A DNA stretch of 64,000 bases from Azolla caroliniana (GCA_043228905.1 JBHGNT010000001.1:22568001-22632000); one strand, 5' to 3'. Counted from the stretch's first letter, positions 1-13,425 are shown. Program-made: numbers and translations. The notes: generated by a model from the sequence alone, not told the origin.

Positions 1-139
1 CGTTGTACTTGACCTTGTAACCCACTTGCATCCGATCGGCTTCACACCCTTGGGGGCGTCAACCAGGTCCCATGTCTCATTTTTTGCCAATGTGCACATC
101 TCTTCCTCCATTGCGGCACGCCAATTTGTGTCCTTCGGC
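1..139 (-). pseudogene. Ty1/copia reverse-transcriptase N-terminal fragment (same family as C1/C5)
   Basis: Reverse strand translates KDTNWRAAMEEEM..LAKNETWDLVDAPKGVKPIGCKWV, the typical copia RT start; homologous to 12295-12316/16794-16900 and 63930-64000. Confidence 0.85.
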
Positions 140-769
140 AAGGTTATGGACTAGGAGGAGGAGAATTTTAAGGCTAATAAGAATACAAATAGATTGTAAG
201 AAAGAGATGTAGAGAACCTCGTGAATTCCACAAGTGTATTATATTAGATTAATATTTAGAAATCGTAATTAAACTCAAGAATCAACACCAACAATACAAC
301 TTTCTCCTCTCCTCATATAGTGATGGAAGAGGCTAAGTATATAACTTACCATATGGCAAGCATCATGCTATTTTGAAAGTGTTCATGCACACTAAATGTG
401 CATGAATCACTTTTTCTATCATGGTTTTCCATCTAATTATAGTGCTCATGCACACTAGATGTGCATGAGTAGCTATTTTTATAAAACGTTTTCTTTAACT
501 AAAGTTTTATGCACACTACACGTATATAAGTAGCGTTTTCTAGAATTTATATGTGAGGATAAAGTTTTCTAAATATTAAATCCATAATTATATTATTCAT
601 GATGAGTTGGTATAATGGTAAAGTTTGGGTTTGTTTACATGCGGGTACAGGGTTTGAAACTTGCCATGTGCATGTGATGTATATTTTAGTAATTTTTTCT
701 ATTTCTTTATTTTTATTTAATTGGGTACTCTGTACATATTTCATGTAATGTACGAAGTACACTACGACA
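140..769 (-). repeat. 3' LTR of G1
   Basis: Matches 9040-9229 and is the reverse complement of solo LTR 18756-19459; ends ...ACTACGACA next to the PPT CTCACCCCCTC. Confidence 0.85.
606..668 (+). other. tRNA-like (Pol III A/B-box) module in LTR U3
   Basis: A-box-like TGGTATAATGG (608-618), B-box-like GGTTTGAAAC (651-660) at tRNA spacing; homologue of 18860-18925. Confidence 0.55.
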
Positions 770-3714
770 CTCACCCCCTCCGAACTTGCACACCCTCGTA
801 TACTTTTCCATTTAATACTTTTCGAACTTCGTATGGTCCGAACCACCTTTGAGTGAATTTCCGTATCGTTCTGTGTTGATGATCCAAACTGCTATTGTAG
901 CCGATCACCCAATCTCCTTCTTCAATCTTCCGGGGTCGTCGATGGTATTTTTTTTCGAATCATCGTTTGCTATGGAATTGTGCTTCTTGTTGTCGGCATA
1001 CCGCTTCCGCTATGTCATTTGGTCTTCCTTCAAGTTGTCATATCCGGAACTCTAGTAGTTCTTCCCGACTCATCTCTTCCTTCCATGGTAGCACCGCCCA
1101 TGTCGAAATTGTGGTTTTCATAGGCATTATCGGAGCTTGTCCAGTCATAAGTTTTGCTGGCATATAACCAGTCACGGAACTATGTGTTGATCGATGCACC
1201 CATAGTGCATACGGAAGCATCTATGGCCAAATCTTCACCTTTCCATCACATGCTTTTGCAAGTGCTTTTACAATTGGACTATGTCATCTTTTGATCTACC
1301 CGTTTGCTTCTAGATTGTATGTCGTGGTTAGTGTCAACCATACTCTATGGTTCGCGAAGAATTCCCTAGATTTATCAGAGTCATGGTCTCCCCGATCCTC
1401 AATCACTTGTCCTACGCACCCATACCTACAAAACACTTCTTCTAAGAGAAATTGGCATACTACAGAACATGTTTTCCTCCGTCGCGCCCGACCTTCTACT
1501 TGGTTCGCCAAATCCTCCTAAGTTAGCACCAAGTACTTATTTTGTCCTGTCACGGTTGGCATGGCCGTGATGTTGACCCTCCATTTAAAGTTGATTGTCG
1601 GTGAGAATGTCGAATGTAATTAATCCCGGTATTGAACTGTAGAGTAGATTTGACATTTCTTGCAACTTTCCGTGAACTCCGCTACATCCTTGTACATATT
1701 CTTCCACCAATATTTTTGCTTGATCTTTGCAAATGTCACCCATGTTCCCCGATGACCACCCCAATCGGATTCATGAAATTCAGATATTATCTATTTTTGT
1801 TGTTCCTTTGTGCCAACTCCCTGTTGGTCTTTTCGGCTCCCTCCAGATTAATCCATTGTTCAAGAATAACTTCCGGACTTGCCATTTCTTCCTTCGGATC
1901 TCGGCTCTCTTTTCCTTATTTTCCAACGATTCCTCGATTTCTTGTAGCGCTTTCCCGATCAACAAGCTTTCTCCTTCGTATTCGTCTTCTCGGAACTCCT
2001 GAATTACGTTCACCCGGCATATGTGCTCTGAAGTAAAGTAGTCTTCGGAAACTTCTTCATTATCTGATTCGGCTACGTTGTTTCCAAACCGTGCCTTTGA
2101 TAACATATTTGCTACCACATTGTTGTTTCTTGAGATGTGTTGTACCTCTGGATTAAGCGACTTTACATATGCAATCCATCTTAGGATAGCAACATCCGGT
2201 ACCGTGCAACATCGCATCATCCCGAGTATCGGAAGACAATCCGTTTCGATCATTACTTTGGCTTCGATCAAATAATCCTGATCCAATTTTATAGTCGACA
2301 TGACTCCCCATAATTCTCTTTTGACTTGTGGATATCCGCGTTGCCTTTTGTTAAGAACCTTTGCTCTGAATATCTTGAGCCATCCGGATCAACTTGGTTG
2401 ATGGGCCATCTGATCCCGATTGGACTTGTATCAACTGTTACTATGATCGGTCTGTCATAGTTCAGCTTCTTAACCGCTTCCGCTCTCCATAGTGCTTTCT
2501 TGAGCTTCTTCACGGCTTTGGTGTGCTCCGGATTCCATTTGAACCTTTTCCCCTTCCAGAGCAAGTTAGAGTGGGTCCATAATGTGTGCATAGTGCGGAA
2601 TCCATATGTGATAGAATGCACATGCCCCAAGAAACCTGTGGACTTCGAATTGTGACTCGCATATTTCATTCATGGCTTCAATTGCATCGATCTTGGCTAG
2701 TGTCGGTCTTCCACCGTTGGGCCCACATAATGTCCGACTACCAGTATCTCGTCTTGTCCTAACACCGATTTTTCTCCTTAGAGTGTTAGGTGCACATCTT
2801 CTAACTTTTGTAGCACTTTCTCACAATCACAAATATGGTCAACTATGAACTTTTGACATCCCCGATCATCCATAGTCTCATCCTTTTTTTCCACCGCACA
2901 TCCTTTCATTGGAATGTTATTTAAGAACGACATTGTTATCTCCGGAATGTAGTCTCGATGCACCTTGTTCATTGCATTCATCATATATGCGGCCGAGTTC
3001 GTCCGGACACATCCAGACTAATCCTATCGGTCTCTACATTGTAGTGATATCCCGACTATCCATGTCTAGTTGAAATTGGTCATATCCAGAGTATAGGTCT
3101 TCGATAGAGTATATCGCACATCTGGAAAATGCTTCCACAAATTCATCCACTATCGGACCGAGTCCGGAGTTTTGGATCGTGACCTTGTTCACTGGTTGCA
3201 AATCTTGAATGAACCAGAGTGACCCATTCTTCTTCGGAACCGTAAACCATCGATTTGAGTACGAAGCGTGTGATGGCTCTAGAATCCCCATCGCCACCTT
3301 CTCCCTGAGCAAGTCAATGATTTTCAGAATATTTGCTTGTGGCACTAGAATCGGTTTCAGGTTCCACGACACATGATCAATTGTGAAGATCACCATCGGC
3401 TCCACTATCTTCGGGTCAACACACCCTATCTCTTTTGATGTGAATGCGAATACTTTTCCATGTTGCTCCAACATCTCACAGAATGGCTCTTCTTCATTTT
3501 GTAAGAGGAACTCGCCTCCACCAATCTAGAGTTTCTTTCGAGTCTCATCCGTAAATGTACGTCCAATATCCATGGACTTCCGAAGTGTCCGATATCCCGA
3601 GACTTCTTTCCTCTTTTGTTCACTATTGGTGGGTAATGGTCCCGCAAACGGTTTCACCTTCTTTTCCACGGTCTTATATTTTGTACATACAATTGATTCT
3701 TCTTTGGGGAGTGA

Positions 3715-4781
3715 TGTCGTGAAGATTTTCGGCAATGGTGTGAAAATCACATAAAATGTACAAAATCGAGTATGAATCACATAAAACAATAATAGTGAAA
3801 ATAACATTTTAAATAAGTTTAATATCTAAGTACAAAATGATGGAGGTCTTCATGAGCTTTCGAATGCACTTTATTACATGAGAAACGGACAACTAGATGT
3901 CAAGATATGAGGGTATAAAGTTTGTGAAAGTAGAAGAGAAAACTGTAAGATATCCCACATAGGCACGACAAATACGGCTCCCATCATATATAAGTAGAGC
4001 AAAAGCTATTATCTTTGTGTCTATGTGTGGAGCATAGAGAGTTCAAGGTAACTTGAACTAAGAGTGGAGGTGGCCTAGCCATTTGTAAAGGTTTTGGCCA
4101 ACTAAAATCGGACCAGCGATGGAGCCGGCAAAGCGACAATGGCACATCGGCAACCGATGAGGTGGCAGCCACCTTTAACCGGCGGCATCCGGCGAACTAG
4201 TCGGAAACCGACATCGGACGACTAGATAAATAAATATATAAATATATATACATATACAAGGAGGGCAAGTAAGGATTCAAACCTTGCAACTCTAAGTTAG
4301 GACTCAATTGGCTTACCACTAAGCCAAGATATTTAGTTGAAATTATATTTCTATCATCGTACTTTTACATGTAAATTCTTATGCATGAGAGCTAAAATAA
4401 GTGACATGGTTATCATGCACCACATGCAATACACGAGCGCCAAATGGCAAACATGCATCATATGCATGGGGGCATCTATAAAAGGATGGATGAAAATGTA
4501 TTATGAATCCATGTATGAACTAAGAAATTAATGAGAAGAAAATTCATTGATGATATATCTTGTTTCTTAAATCAAGAGTTAAAATCTTAATCTCAATATC
4601 TCTCTCTTGGCCATATCAATCTTTCTCAATCTAAGTCAAACATTTAATCTTAATCTGTTTCTCTCTCTCAATCTATCCTAAATACTTTCTCACTAAGCTT
4701 GGTGTGAACTTCGATCAATCCGGTCCAGAACCCTGGCGGTTCCGCCTCGGGATCCGGGCCTAGTGACGGATCTTCACGACA
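3715..4781 (+). mobile_element. Solo LTR, Phygy-like family (~1067 bp)
   Basis: Terminal inverted repeat TGTCGTGAAGA..TCTTCACGACA; flanks GTGA/GCGC (degenerate 4-bp TSD); removing the LTR plus 4 bp restores the host pol frame (EMGPDALPKEESIVCTKYK); U5 similar to G5 LTR. Confidence 0.85.
4262..4332 (-). other. tRNA-like module in solo LTR U3
   Basis: Minus strand: TGGCTTAGTGG (A-box, D-arm GCTT/AAGC) ... CAAGG-TTTGAAT-CCTT (T-arm, B-box GGTTTGAATCC); no intact acceptor stem. Confidence 0.7.
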
Positions 4782-5698
4782 GCGCATCCGGCCCCATTTC
4801 CGCAATGATCTCATACATCTAGACCAATTCCACTGGAACTACCCGGTCTCCCTGACTATTCTCTTCCGCAAGCTCTTCAAGTTATTTTACCGTGCTTCCG
4901 TAGAACACTTCTTCGACTACTCGTGTGATTTCTTCTTCTTCTTTTATGATTGATGCAGACTGTAACTCATCCTACATCTTCAAAAATTCTTTCCTCATTT
5001 CTCCGGACACGACCATGTACGTAGATGCCCCATCCGGACTGATTCACACTTGTTTCGCTCCGAGAGTTTTTTTCATGTGTGGGGTATCAGGGCTTCTCGA
5101 ACTATCACTTCCCCACTCCGCAATAGTCCGCTTTAAAAATCTATTTTTGTTTGGGACAAGTTCTCTCTTTTGTTCCTTTCGTGATTCGATGACATAGTCA
5201 AGAATTGAACAATTTTTCCTCCGCTTTGGCTCTGAATCTTTGCAAAAGTTGCTCCCCTGTCAAGCACCTTTGTTTCCATCCATGAAGTCGTGATGAAGGG
5301 TTGCCCAAGGATCACAAAATGTGAGACCTCATCTTGCACAAAGAAATTTTGGTCAATCTCCACATATCCAATCTTCACCATCACATCTGGACAAGCCGCA
5401 AATAGATATTCCGTTGCTTTTGTGGTTGCCCGGATCTTCCATCCATGACTGGTGTTAATAAGCCACTTCCCCTTCCGGTAGAGCTCCTTGGACATCAGAT
5501 TGATCTCTGATCCATGATCAATCAATGCAACTACGAGCTCTTTGATGTTTCCAATTCGGATCGGAGTCTCTGTAGCTGCTCGTGCCCAATGTGGCTTTGT
5601 GTAGTGGAAGTTCGGAATTTCGTCCTCTGCTTCCGTGTCATTCATTAGAATAATATTCACATTCACCCTTGGAACATTTGAATCTTCTGTAGCCTGTC

Positions 5699-8600
5699 TC
5701 TTTCTTTTTACGAGATCCACAAGGAGATTGTTTGTAGCCTTGCAATTCTCGGAGGGAAAATTCCACCTGACTATCAAGGATTCTCTCTTCAAACACCTTC
5801 TTTAGATCCGTTTGTTGTTCGATGTCCGAGGTGAGTTTTAATTCCAGAATCATTTTCCTTTTTCCTTTCCCTTTAGAGTTCCAACTCTCTGGTGTCTTTG
5901 ATGGTCTGACTGCATCATCCGTGCGCCGTCGCTTCTCATCTACATATACCTCATGTAATTGACATAAATAGTATACGCTACTTATATCTACGGAGCACTC
6001 CCATCCCATAGCTTCCCGGATGCCTTCCGCTGTGCTCCGGATTTCATCACAGTCAATTTTCTTAGAGATTTCTAGCGCTTCTAGTTAGAAAGATGCCTAC
6101 GCTCTAGATGTCTCACCCACACGTATTCCTGTGGTTGTTGCATAATTGCATTTTTCCGCTATCTCCTCCTCTAGGACCTTCTTCATGCCACATTTTCAGA
6201 AGTTCGGCCGGAGTGGCTTTCGAGAGTCCATTGAATGGATCCTATTTCCCTCATAGTAGATGAGATTCTGTCGTAGAGCCTCTTTGTGTTCATCGCAATC
6301 CTTTTGATCATGTTCGGTGCTATCACACCATATGCATCGACGGTCCATATACTTGGAATTTGAGGGATAGTCTCAAATCGACTTTCCAATGCCGAAAACA
6401 CATCGAGGACCTTCAGCCCCTTGTTTGGTGTTTCCAACCAATCTTTGAATCCCCTCCATGTTGCCTTGGAGGAGTCCTTGATAGCGAATGTAGTCTTCAG
6501 CGCTTCTTCAAACGCCACCCACGTCGGATTTTGTTGTCGTATCCCATGGATACTCCCTTGAAGCCCATTCATAGCCACCCCATTGAAGGAGGTCACTTGC
6601 GATCCTTCTGATATCCCGCATTGCAGCATCTCCACCTTGTAGTCCCGTAGATAACCCTTACGTGCAAAAACATTTTCTTACAAAGTTTCTACAAGTTAAG
6701 AAACAAACGCCCTACACCCTCCTCCTTGAGACGGGATCGCTTCCAATTGAGACCATGGCCATGGAAAGGGTTGTGGAATACATGTTGAAGGTTCAAAAAA
6801 AAAAAAGTCCCTCACATCAACTTCCTAGAATTGCATGGGAAGCAAGCAAAAAGATCCAAAAGATGCATAAAAGCAAATTTTGTGTTCCGGTTGGATGCAA
6901 GATATAGAAAAATGTTTTGGTAGATGGGATCACTAGATTCCTCAGTAAATGAGGCCTTTTTGCAACGCCACTGTATCATGACATGGGACAAATGTGGAGG
7001 CTCATGCTTCACACATTATACTACACATGTTGCACCTAACTACAAAACCATATTCTTCGCGGAATGGGGAAACCATATACATCGATACATGTTAGAGCCC
7101 ATCCCGTTATCTACCATTCAAACCATTGCTTCCATGCGACTTAGCTCACATGCATTGTGATGTGAGACATGGCGTTGGGGCACAAGTGATGAGAGTGGCC
7201 AGCTATGCACACTTTGTCCTAAACAAGTTCGAGAGTCTGAGTATCACACTTTGATACAATGCTCTACCTTTGATCATATTCGACCATGTGTTCTACATCT
7301 CTTCGACCGAGCCCAATCCTTGCACGAATTTCTCTCACAACCACAATGTGCACTCTCGATTGCAACATTCATTGGTAAAGTTCTTGAACATCGCAAGTCG
7401 CTACCCACTTTCACACGTATCACGTGAAATGTAATATTTTTGGTCTCATAGGTCATATTTGACCTCCGAAGACGATAATCTATCTATCTATCTTTCTTTT
7501 TATGAGATCCACAAGGAGATCATGGAACTCCTTCTTCGCAATTCCGAGCAATTCTCGGAGGGAAAATTCCACCTAACTATCAAGGATTCTGTCTTCGAAC
7601 ACCTTCTTTAGATTCATTTGTTGTTCAATGTTTGAGGCGATTTTGAATGCCAGAATCGTTTTCCCTTTTCCTTTCCCTTCAGAGTTCCAGCTCTCTGGTG
7701 ACTTCGATGGTTCGACTACATCATCCGTGCGCCGTTGCTTCTCATCTACATACACCTCATGTATTTGACATAAGGGGTATACATTATTTTTATCTACGGG
7801 GCACTCCCATCTCGTAGCTTCCTGGATGCCTTCTCCAGTGCTTCAGATTCCATTAGAGCTGGTTTTCTCGGAGATTTCTAGCCCTTGTGGCCAGAAAGAT
7901 GCCTTCACTCTAGATGTCTCACCCACATGTATTCCCGTGGTTGTTGCATAATTGCATTTTGCCACTATCTCCTCCTCTAGGACCTTCTTCATGTTGCCTT
8001 TTCAGAAGTTCAGCTGGAGTGGCTTCCGAGAGTCCATCGAATGGATCCGATTTCCCTCATAGTAGATGAGATCCCATCGTAGAGCCTCGCAATCCTTCCG
8101 ATCATGTTCGCCTCTATCACACCATATGCACCGATGGTCCATATACTTGGAATTTTAGGGTCAGTCTTTTGATTTTGTCACCATGGCAATTTTAAGATTC
8201 TCCATCTCCTTTAGCAACTTCTTTACCGTGGTTACATCGATTCCCTTCTGGGCCGTAGTCTCTCGAGCCCGTGTTGGTGGTCTTCTACGAACCTCGGCCT
8301 CAACGTCAGTTTCGTAGTCCACTTTTCTTCATCACCGAGCCATTGGCCCCTCTTTGTATATCGATCGAAGATGTCCCACACATTTTCCCATGTATTGGTG
8401 AGGCCACTCTCAGTAGTCATATCCTCTAGAAGCACTCCAAGATCTTTCCAGTACCGGACATCCATAGCTCGTAAGAACATGATCACTTTGTGTGGTATGA
8501 GGATAGCTTGATCTCTCGCAGACAACCTCCCGAATCAACTTTCCAATTCCAAAAACACATCGAGGACCTTCAACCCCTTGTTTGGTGTTCCACCCAATCT

Positions 8601-8810
8601 TTAAATCCCCTCCACGTTGCCTTGGAGGAGTCCTCGATAGTGAATGTAGTTTTCAATGCTTCTTCAAACGCCGCCCACATCAGATTTTGTTGTCGTATCC
8701 TGTGGATACTTCCTTGAAGCCCATCCATAGCCACCTGATTGAAGGAGGTCTCTTGCAATCCTTCTGACATCCCACATTGCAACATCTCCACCTTGTAGTC
8801 CCGTAGATAA
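5699..8810. repeat. Direct duplication of G1 gag segment (5699-6654 and 7491-8810) flanking the LINE
   Basis: Both copies start TCTTTCTTTTTA(C/T)GAGATCCACAAGG and end GTCCCGTAGATAA; the left copy has an internal deletion of ~365 bp near 6370. Confidence 0.85.
6655..7492 (+). mobile_element. 5'-truncated non-LTR retrotransposon (LINE; RTEX/L2-group-like ORF2 C-terminus)
   Basis: Translates ..MRLSSHAL*CETWRWG..LCTLC..ESEYHTLIQCSTFDHIR (C-terminal CCHC knuckle); 3' stem-loop AGGTCA-TATT-TGACCT; (TATC)n tail 7478-7492. Confidence 0.75.
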
Positions 8811-9229
8811 TGTGACATGTCCTTTCCATCAAATTGCCCGTTCTGTTGCAAGAGTCGCTCTACTGCCGCTGGGACTTCTGACATCGCACGTTGCTCGTAC
8901 AACATTTGCTTGAACATTGTCATCATGTTGCTTGCCTCTTTTTGATTCTCCATCTCCTTACCACCCGGTTGCACATCAGGTTCACAAAATGTGTCATGCC
9001 TTTCGGCGGCGGATCATTGCGTGACTAAGGTGGAAACCGTAGAGATTATGGAGGAGGAGGAGGAGGAGAATTTTAAAGGTAATAAGAATTCGAATGGATT
9101 GTAAGAAAGAGACGTAGAAAACCGTGTGAATTCCACGAGTGTATTATATTAGATTAATATTTAGAAATGCTAATAAAACTCAAGAATCAACACCAACAAT
9201 ACATCTTTCTCCTCTCCTCATATAGTGAT

Positions 9230-11365
9230 CCTTTAATTATCATAATTACTTCTAATTACAACTCCCTTTATCCCAAAACCGGCTCCCCATCCATACTTTG
9301 GCCTAACCGGCCAACACATGGCACGCCCGTGAGACAATACCTTGTACGTGGAACCAACGGGTTAGACCCTTCACTCATCCTCTAGAATATCCAGAATACT
9401 CTGGTCCAGGGGTTCCAACGGTTCATCGGGTAGTTGCTCCATCTGCTTCTGCTACTGCTACTCCGATTGTTGTGGCAACTGTTGCTGTTGCTCTTCGACC
9501 TTATCCTCCTCTCTAGCTCCATACGCTCCCGGCTCTACTGGTATCGGCCCCTCTGGCTCTGGCACCTCCTTCCTTGGCTTCTCCTGTTGCTCCTGTTCTG
9601 CTTCCGTTAGCTCTTTTGGCCTGGCTACTTCTGACTGCTCCACTCGAGCTTTGTCTGGCTGGCCTCCTCCGGTTCTAGCTACATTCGGTGGCTGCTCCGG
9701 AGATTGCTCTTTGTCACTTATGTTGATTTCCGTTGTCATTTGTGATGCCACTTGCCATCTATGTTCCCGCTCATACCGCTCAAATTGGAGTTGAGTGGCA
9801 AGTTGGTCATCATCCAACTGTTCTACCAGCCGCCTCATAGCCGCCAATTGTTCTCTTGCCAGGGACAAGAAATCTTCCGACAACTCCTCCCGGATGGTTA
9901 CAATGCTCTCCGCATCCATCTTGTAGAAGTTGTCACCGTCCTTTCTTCGGTTCTCAGCATCCGCTCAAAACGTCTGTAATTCCGTCGCTTGTTGTGCCCA
10001 TTTTGACCACCATTGCACAAAGCTTTCACCAATCATACTCTTTGTCCTTTTTTTCCATGCTAGCATAATGGCGCTGATCCGATTGAACCCCATCTTGGAT
10101 TTGTCCTCCGCCGCCTGCTTTTCCTCCTTTAACTTCTTTATCAGGCTTGCGGTTTCCTGTGCTTGCACCCCATATTCCAGCAATTGGGTCTGATACATTG
10201 TTTGAACCCTATTCAGAGCCAAATTTGCCCATTCCATCTTGTCATAGTGTTGTCCGGTGATCACCGTGGTTTTTCTTGCCACTTCCTCTAGCAGCTTTGC
10301 CGACTCAAACGCTAGCACCTCCGTTTTCTTGGTTACTTCATTCCAAAGTTATCTTATCTTCTCCTGTTGCCGGTCACATTCCGCCATCAACTTCTTGTGC
10401 TCTGCTACCAAGTGTTTGTGATCTCGGTGCACTCATTCAAAGTCCTCGGTCTTTTGATTTAACTTCCGTTTGATTTGACTTCTTGCTTAGTATTCTTTGT
10501 CTTTCTGTTGTCAGAGTTCTTCTTTCAGTCATTCAATCTCTCCTTCTGCCATCCATTGCAACTTGTCTTTTTCTTGCAGTAGTTTGTCTTTTTCCTCTTT
10601 TAACCGGTTGTTGGCTACTCGAGTCTTTTGGAGGTTTTCTTCTATTTTTTGTTTCTCCTCCTCCGTTGTCTTCTTTTGTTCTTTGTCTCTGGCCCGCAAG
10701 GCCTCCTGAGTTGCTAACTCCTCCCTTAGGTTGGAGAGTTCTTGTTCGCGCACATTACTTGTGTCTGGCATTGTAGGAGCCACGGACGTGTTATTTATCT
10801 GTTCAGTCACCGGTGCCACCGGTTCTGGTCTTGTAGGTCCCGAACTGACCTATCTGGCCGTGTCTACTTTGGCCTTCTCAACTTCTTCCTCCATGCTCCA
10901 GATTCTCAACCAGGCTTTCTTGAGTTCTTCGGTTGTGGTGAACAACCGGTTCCATTGTGCTCTCTCTTCGGCTTCAATCTGGCTTACCACCCCGGCCACC
11001 TGCTCTCTGATCGAACGCAACCATTGACTGTCGGTGCTTTGTTGCCTTGGTGGTTCAGGTTGTGGTCTCGGCTCTAGTCTCGCCTCAAGCCCTTGTTGCC
11101 CTATTGTCTCTAGTAACAACTCCTTCTCTTGTTGTGTTTGTCGACTTGGTGAGGTAGGAAGTTCTATCACCGGTTCTGGTAGTACCGGTGCCACCGTTTC
11201 TAGCCGAACATGCCCGGTCTCTTGCCTTGGCTCTCGTCCCTTGGAGCAGGGAGTTTGTGTGTTGTCTTCTACCGGACCCGATTCATCCCCTTGCTGCTCC
11301 GTGTCGCTTCTCTTCGGGCGACGTAGGCAATTGTTGGCGGTTTCTTCCTCCGCCTCCTCCTATTG
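9230..11365 (-). pseudogene. Remnant of a long coiled-coil extra ORF, probably from the 3' region of an Athila/Tat-like gypsy element
   Basis: ORFs 10850-11194, 10529-10819, 9965-10318 and 9458-9919 share one frame split by stops; E/Q/K-rich heptads; resembles the G4 extra ORF (EEEA..RRPKR). Confidence 0.55.
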
Positions 11366-12974
11366 GGTTCAGCTGTAGGTACACACCGGAGCAAAACGGT
11401 GTGGCCGAAAGGAAGAACCAGTCGGTTTTTGACGCGGCAAGGGCAATGTTGGAGGAGAAGAGCATGCCCCATTTCTAGTGGGCTGAGGCGGTTCGGATGG
11501 CCGTCTACATCCAAAACCGGATTAGTGACAAGGTGTTCGCGCATGAGCTGTATTTCGGGTGCAAGCCGAATTTGAGACACCTTCGAATATTCGGTAGCAT
11601 TACATATGTGCATGTGCCGGATGAGAAGCGGAGGAAGTTGGATGCAAAGTCGGAGAAATGCATCCTAGTCGGTTACTCGCATGAGCAAAAGGGGTATAAG
11701 TGTTATAACCCCCAGATGAAGCAGGTCTGAGTTAGCCGGGATGTTCAAATTTGATGAGACGGAATCATGGTATGCCTTACCGGCTCCGACTTCCGACCCT
11801 GACCCAATACCGGAGGATGGGGCTAGTGAGCCTGAACCGGTCCAGTTAGAAGACGCAGGGTTCAAGACTCCAGATATGAGTCCAGAATCATTTCGGTTAA
11901 GTGGACCGAATGAGCGGCTGAGTTCAGGATGACCGGTCGGATGAGGAACCGGCGAGTAGTGGAGACTCTGCCGTGCTCTCCCCGCGCAAGGAACCGAGGA
12001 GCCGGTTCACGCACAAAGAGAAGGGGAAGAAGAAAATTTTGGAATATGAAACCGGAAATGTTGAGTCGGATCGGAGCGAATCCGACTCCAGTAAGGATGA
12101 AGGCGGATCTTCGGAAACGAAGTTCAACTTGGCCAAGAAGTGCCCAAAACCGGGTAATACCAAGTTACGCCGGTTTTCCCGCCTGAAAAACCCCGTTACG
12201 CGATATGGGTACAATGAGTACATGGCGCATCACTATGCGTACATGACCAAGGTGGCGGAAGTGCGTGAGCCGGAGAGCTACGCAGAAGCGGTAGAGGACG
12301 CAAATTGGCGTGCCGCTGTCGTGGCGTGGCTCGCCTAGAAGCGTAGCGTTGTGTAGACAAAAGATATCGTGAAAGTGAGGAAGGAATCACTGGGATTATG
12401 GACGGAAGAGACGAAAGAGTAGAGATAGATAAATAGTGATCAACAAGATATGACAAGATAGGATATAGAATGATATTTGAAGCAATAAAAGAGATTTATA
12501 ATTATTTGATAAAAGAGTTACAAAATGATTGTGCACATCATTGAACCTCTGAACTTTGTCTTGCAAGGTAATCGCTCTTCTCTTTCTTGATCGTAGACCA
12601 TTACAATCTTCACTTCAATATTTTGATGAAGATAAGGCTCGAACCGCCTCCTTCTTGTTGAGAGTTGACCACCCCGACCGCCAAGCTAAAGCTCCACGTT
12701 TATGTTAAACTTCTTCCCTTCTTTCTCTTTCTTTATGGTATCTCTTATGAAATATATAATTTGATTGATATCTCATACATATCTCCCCTTTGATCTTCTC
12801 TTTCACCATTTAAATAGGTGCCCCCATGCATATGATGCATTGGAGGGTACAAATCATGCATGTAGTGCATGAAATGCATGTGATGCATGATAAACATCTC
12901 GCTCATTTGAGCTTTTATGTATGAAACAATATATGCAATAACAATAAACATGAAAACATAATCTTAAAGAGAAA

Positions 12975-13195
12975 GGGCCTGTCCTAATGCTAGGTGTGTC
13001 AACTTTGGTGTATGAGGTTGTGGGTTCGAGTCTCAAAATGTTGTTGAATACAACATACAACTTTATTTTTATATCATGATGCAAATCCTTTATGTAATAT
13101 AAAGTATGCTTTATTTTATGTATATTACTAGTATAGAGTAAATGGTAAGATTTGAGAGTCATAGGGTGGGGTTATTGGTTCAAGTCCTCTCTTGT
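12975..13195 (+). other. Two tandem tRNA-like modules in LTR U3 (also at ~16383-16603 in the other LTR)
   Basis: GGGCCTGTCCTAATGCTAGG...GAGGTTGTGGGTTCGAGTCTCA (B-box 13023-13032) and TAGAGTAAATGG...GGTTCAAGTCC (13134-13187). Confidence 0.6.
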
Positions 13196-13425
13196 TCGTG
13201 TAATATAATATATTTATCTATATATATATATATATATATATATTATTTTTCTTTACATATATATCTAATATTATCATATGTGTTGTTAATATTATATTTA
13301 TATATAAAACATTATCAAATGTTATTTTAGTTACGTATTTATCTTATTGTAGATTTTTAATGTGAAGCTTTCGTACTTCACGACATCCACCCCCTCTAGA
13401 CCTGCACATCCTCCGGCATGTGCCA

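Larger units (their letters stand above)
790..5135 (-). pseudogene. G1 pol (RT-RNaseH-integrase), many stops and frameshifts, interrupted by solo LTR 3715-4781
   Basis: ORFs 3034-3474 (YSNRWFTVPKKNGSLWFIQDLQPVN, DLYSGYDQF), 2778-2984 (FLNNIPMKG), 1780-2669 (RH: TVDTSPIG, ETDCLP), 1038-1511 (IN: NQVEGRA, DRG, YNLEANG, LPYALW). Confidence 0.85.
5133..8974 (-). pseudogene. G1 gag-protease (partly duplicated)
   Basis: ORF 5133-5792 has protease LIDHGSEIN; ORFs 6183-6635, 8232-8525 and 8570-8974 are Gag (GQFDGKDMSHYLRDY); degenerate zinc-knuckle region near 6290-6340 and 8090-8135. Confidence 0.85.
140..9229 (-). mobile_element. G1: degenerate Ty3/gypsy LTR retrotransposon (Phygy/Selgy-like), carrying a nested solo LTR and a LINE
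   Basis: 3' LTR 140-769 (left-truncated, ends CGACA), PPT 770-781, IN/RH/RT fragments 790-3714, gag-pro 5133-8974, degenerate tRNA-Trp PBS ~8972-8990, 5' LTR 8992-9229 (truncated) homologous to 140-325. Confidence 0.85.

Noticed and set aside
4262-4332. tRNA-like modules as functional tRNA genes
   Set aside because: No paired acceptor stem or canonical anticodon loop; reported only as tRNA-like modules.
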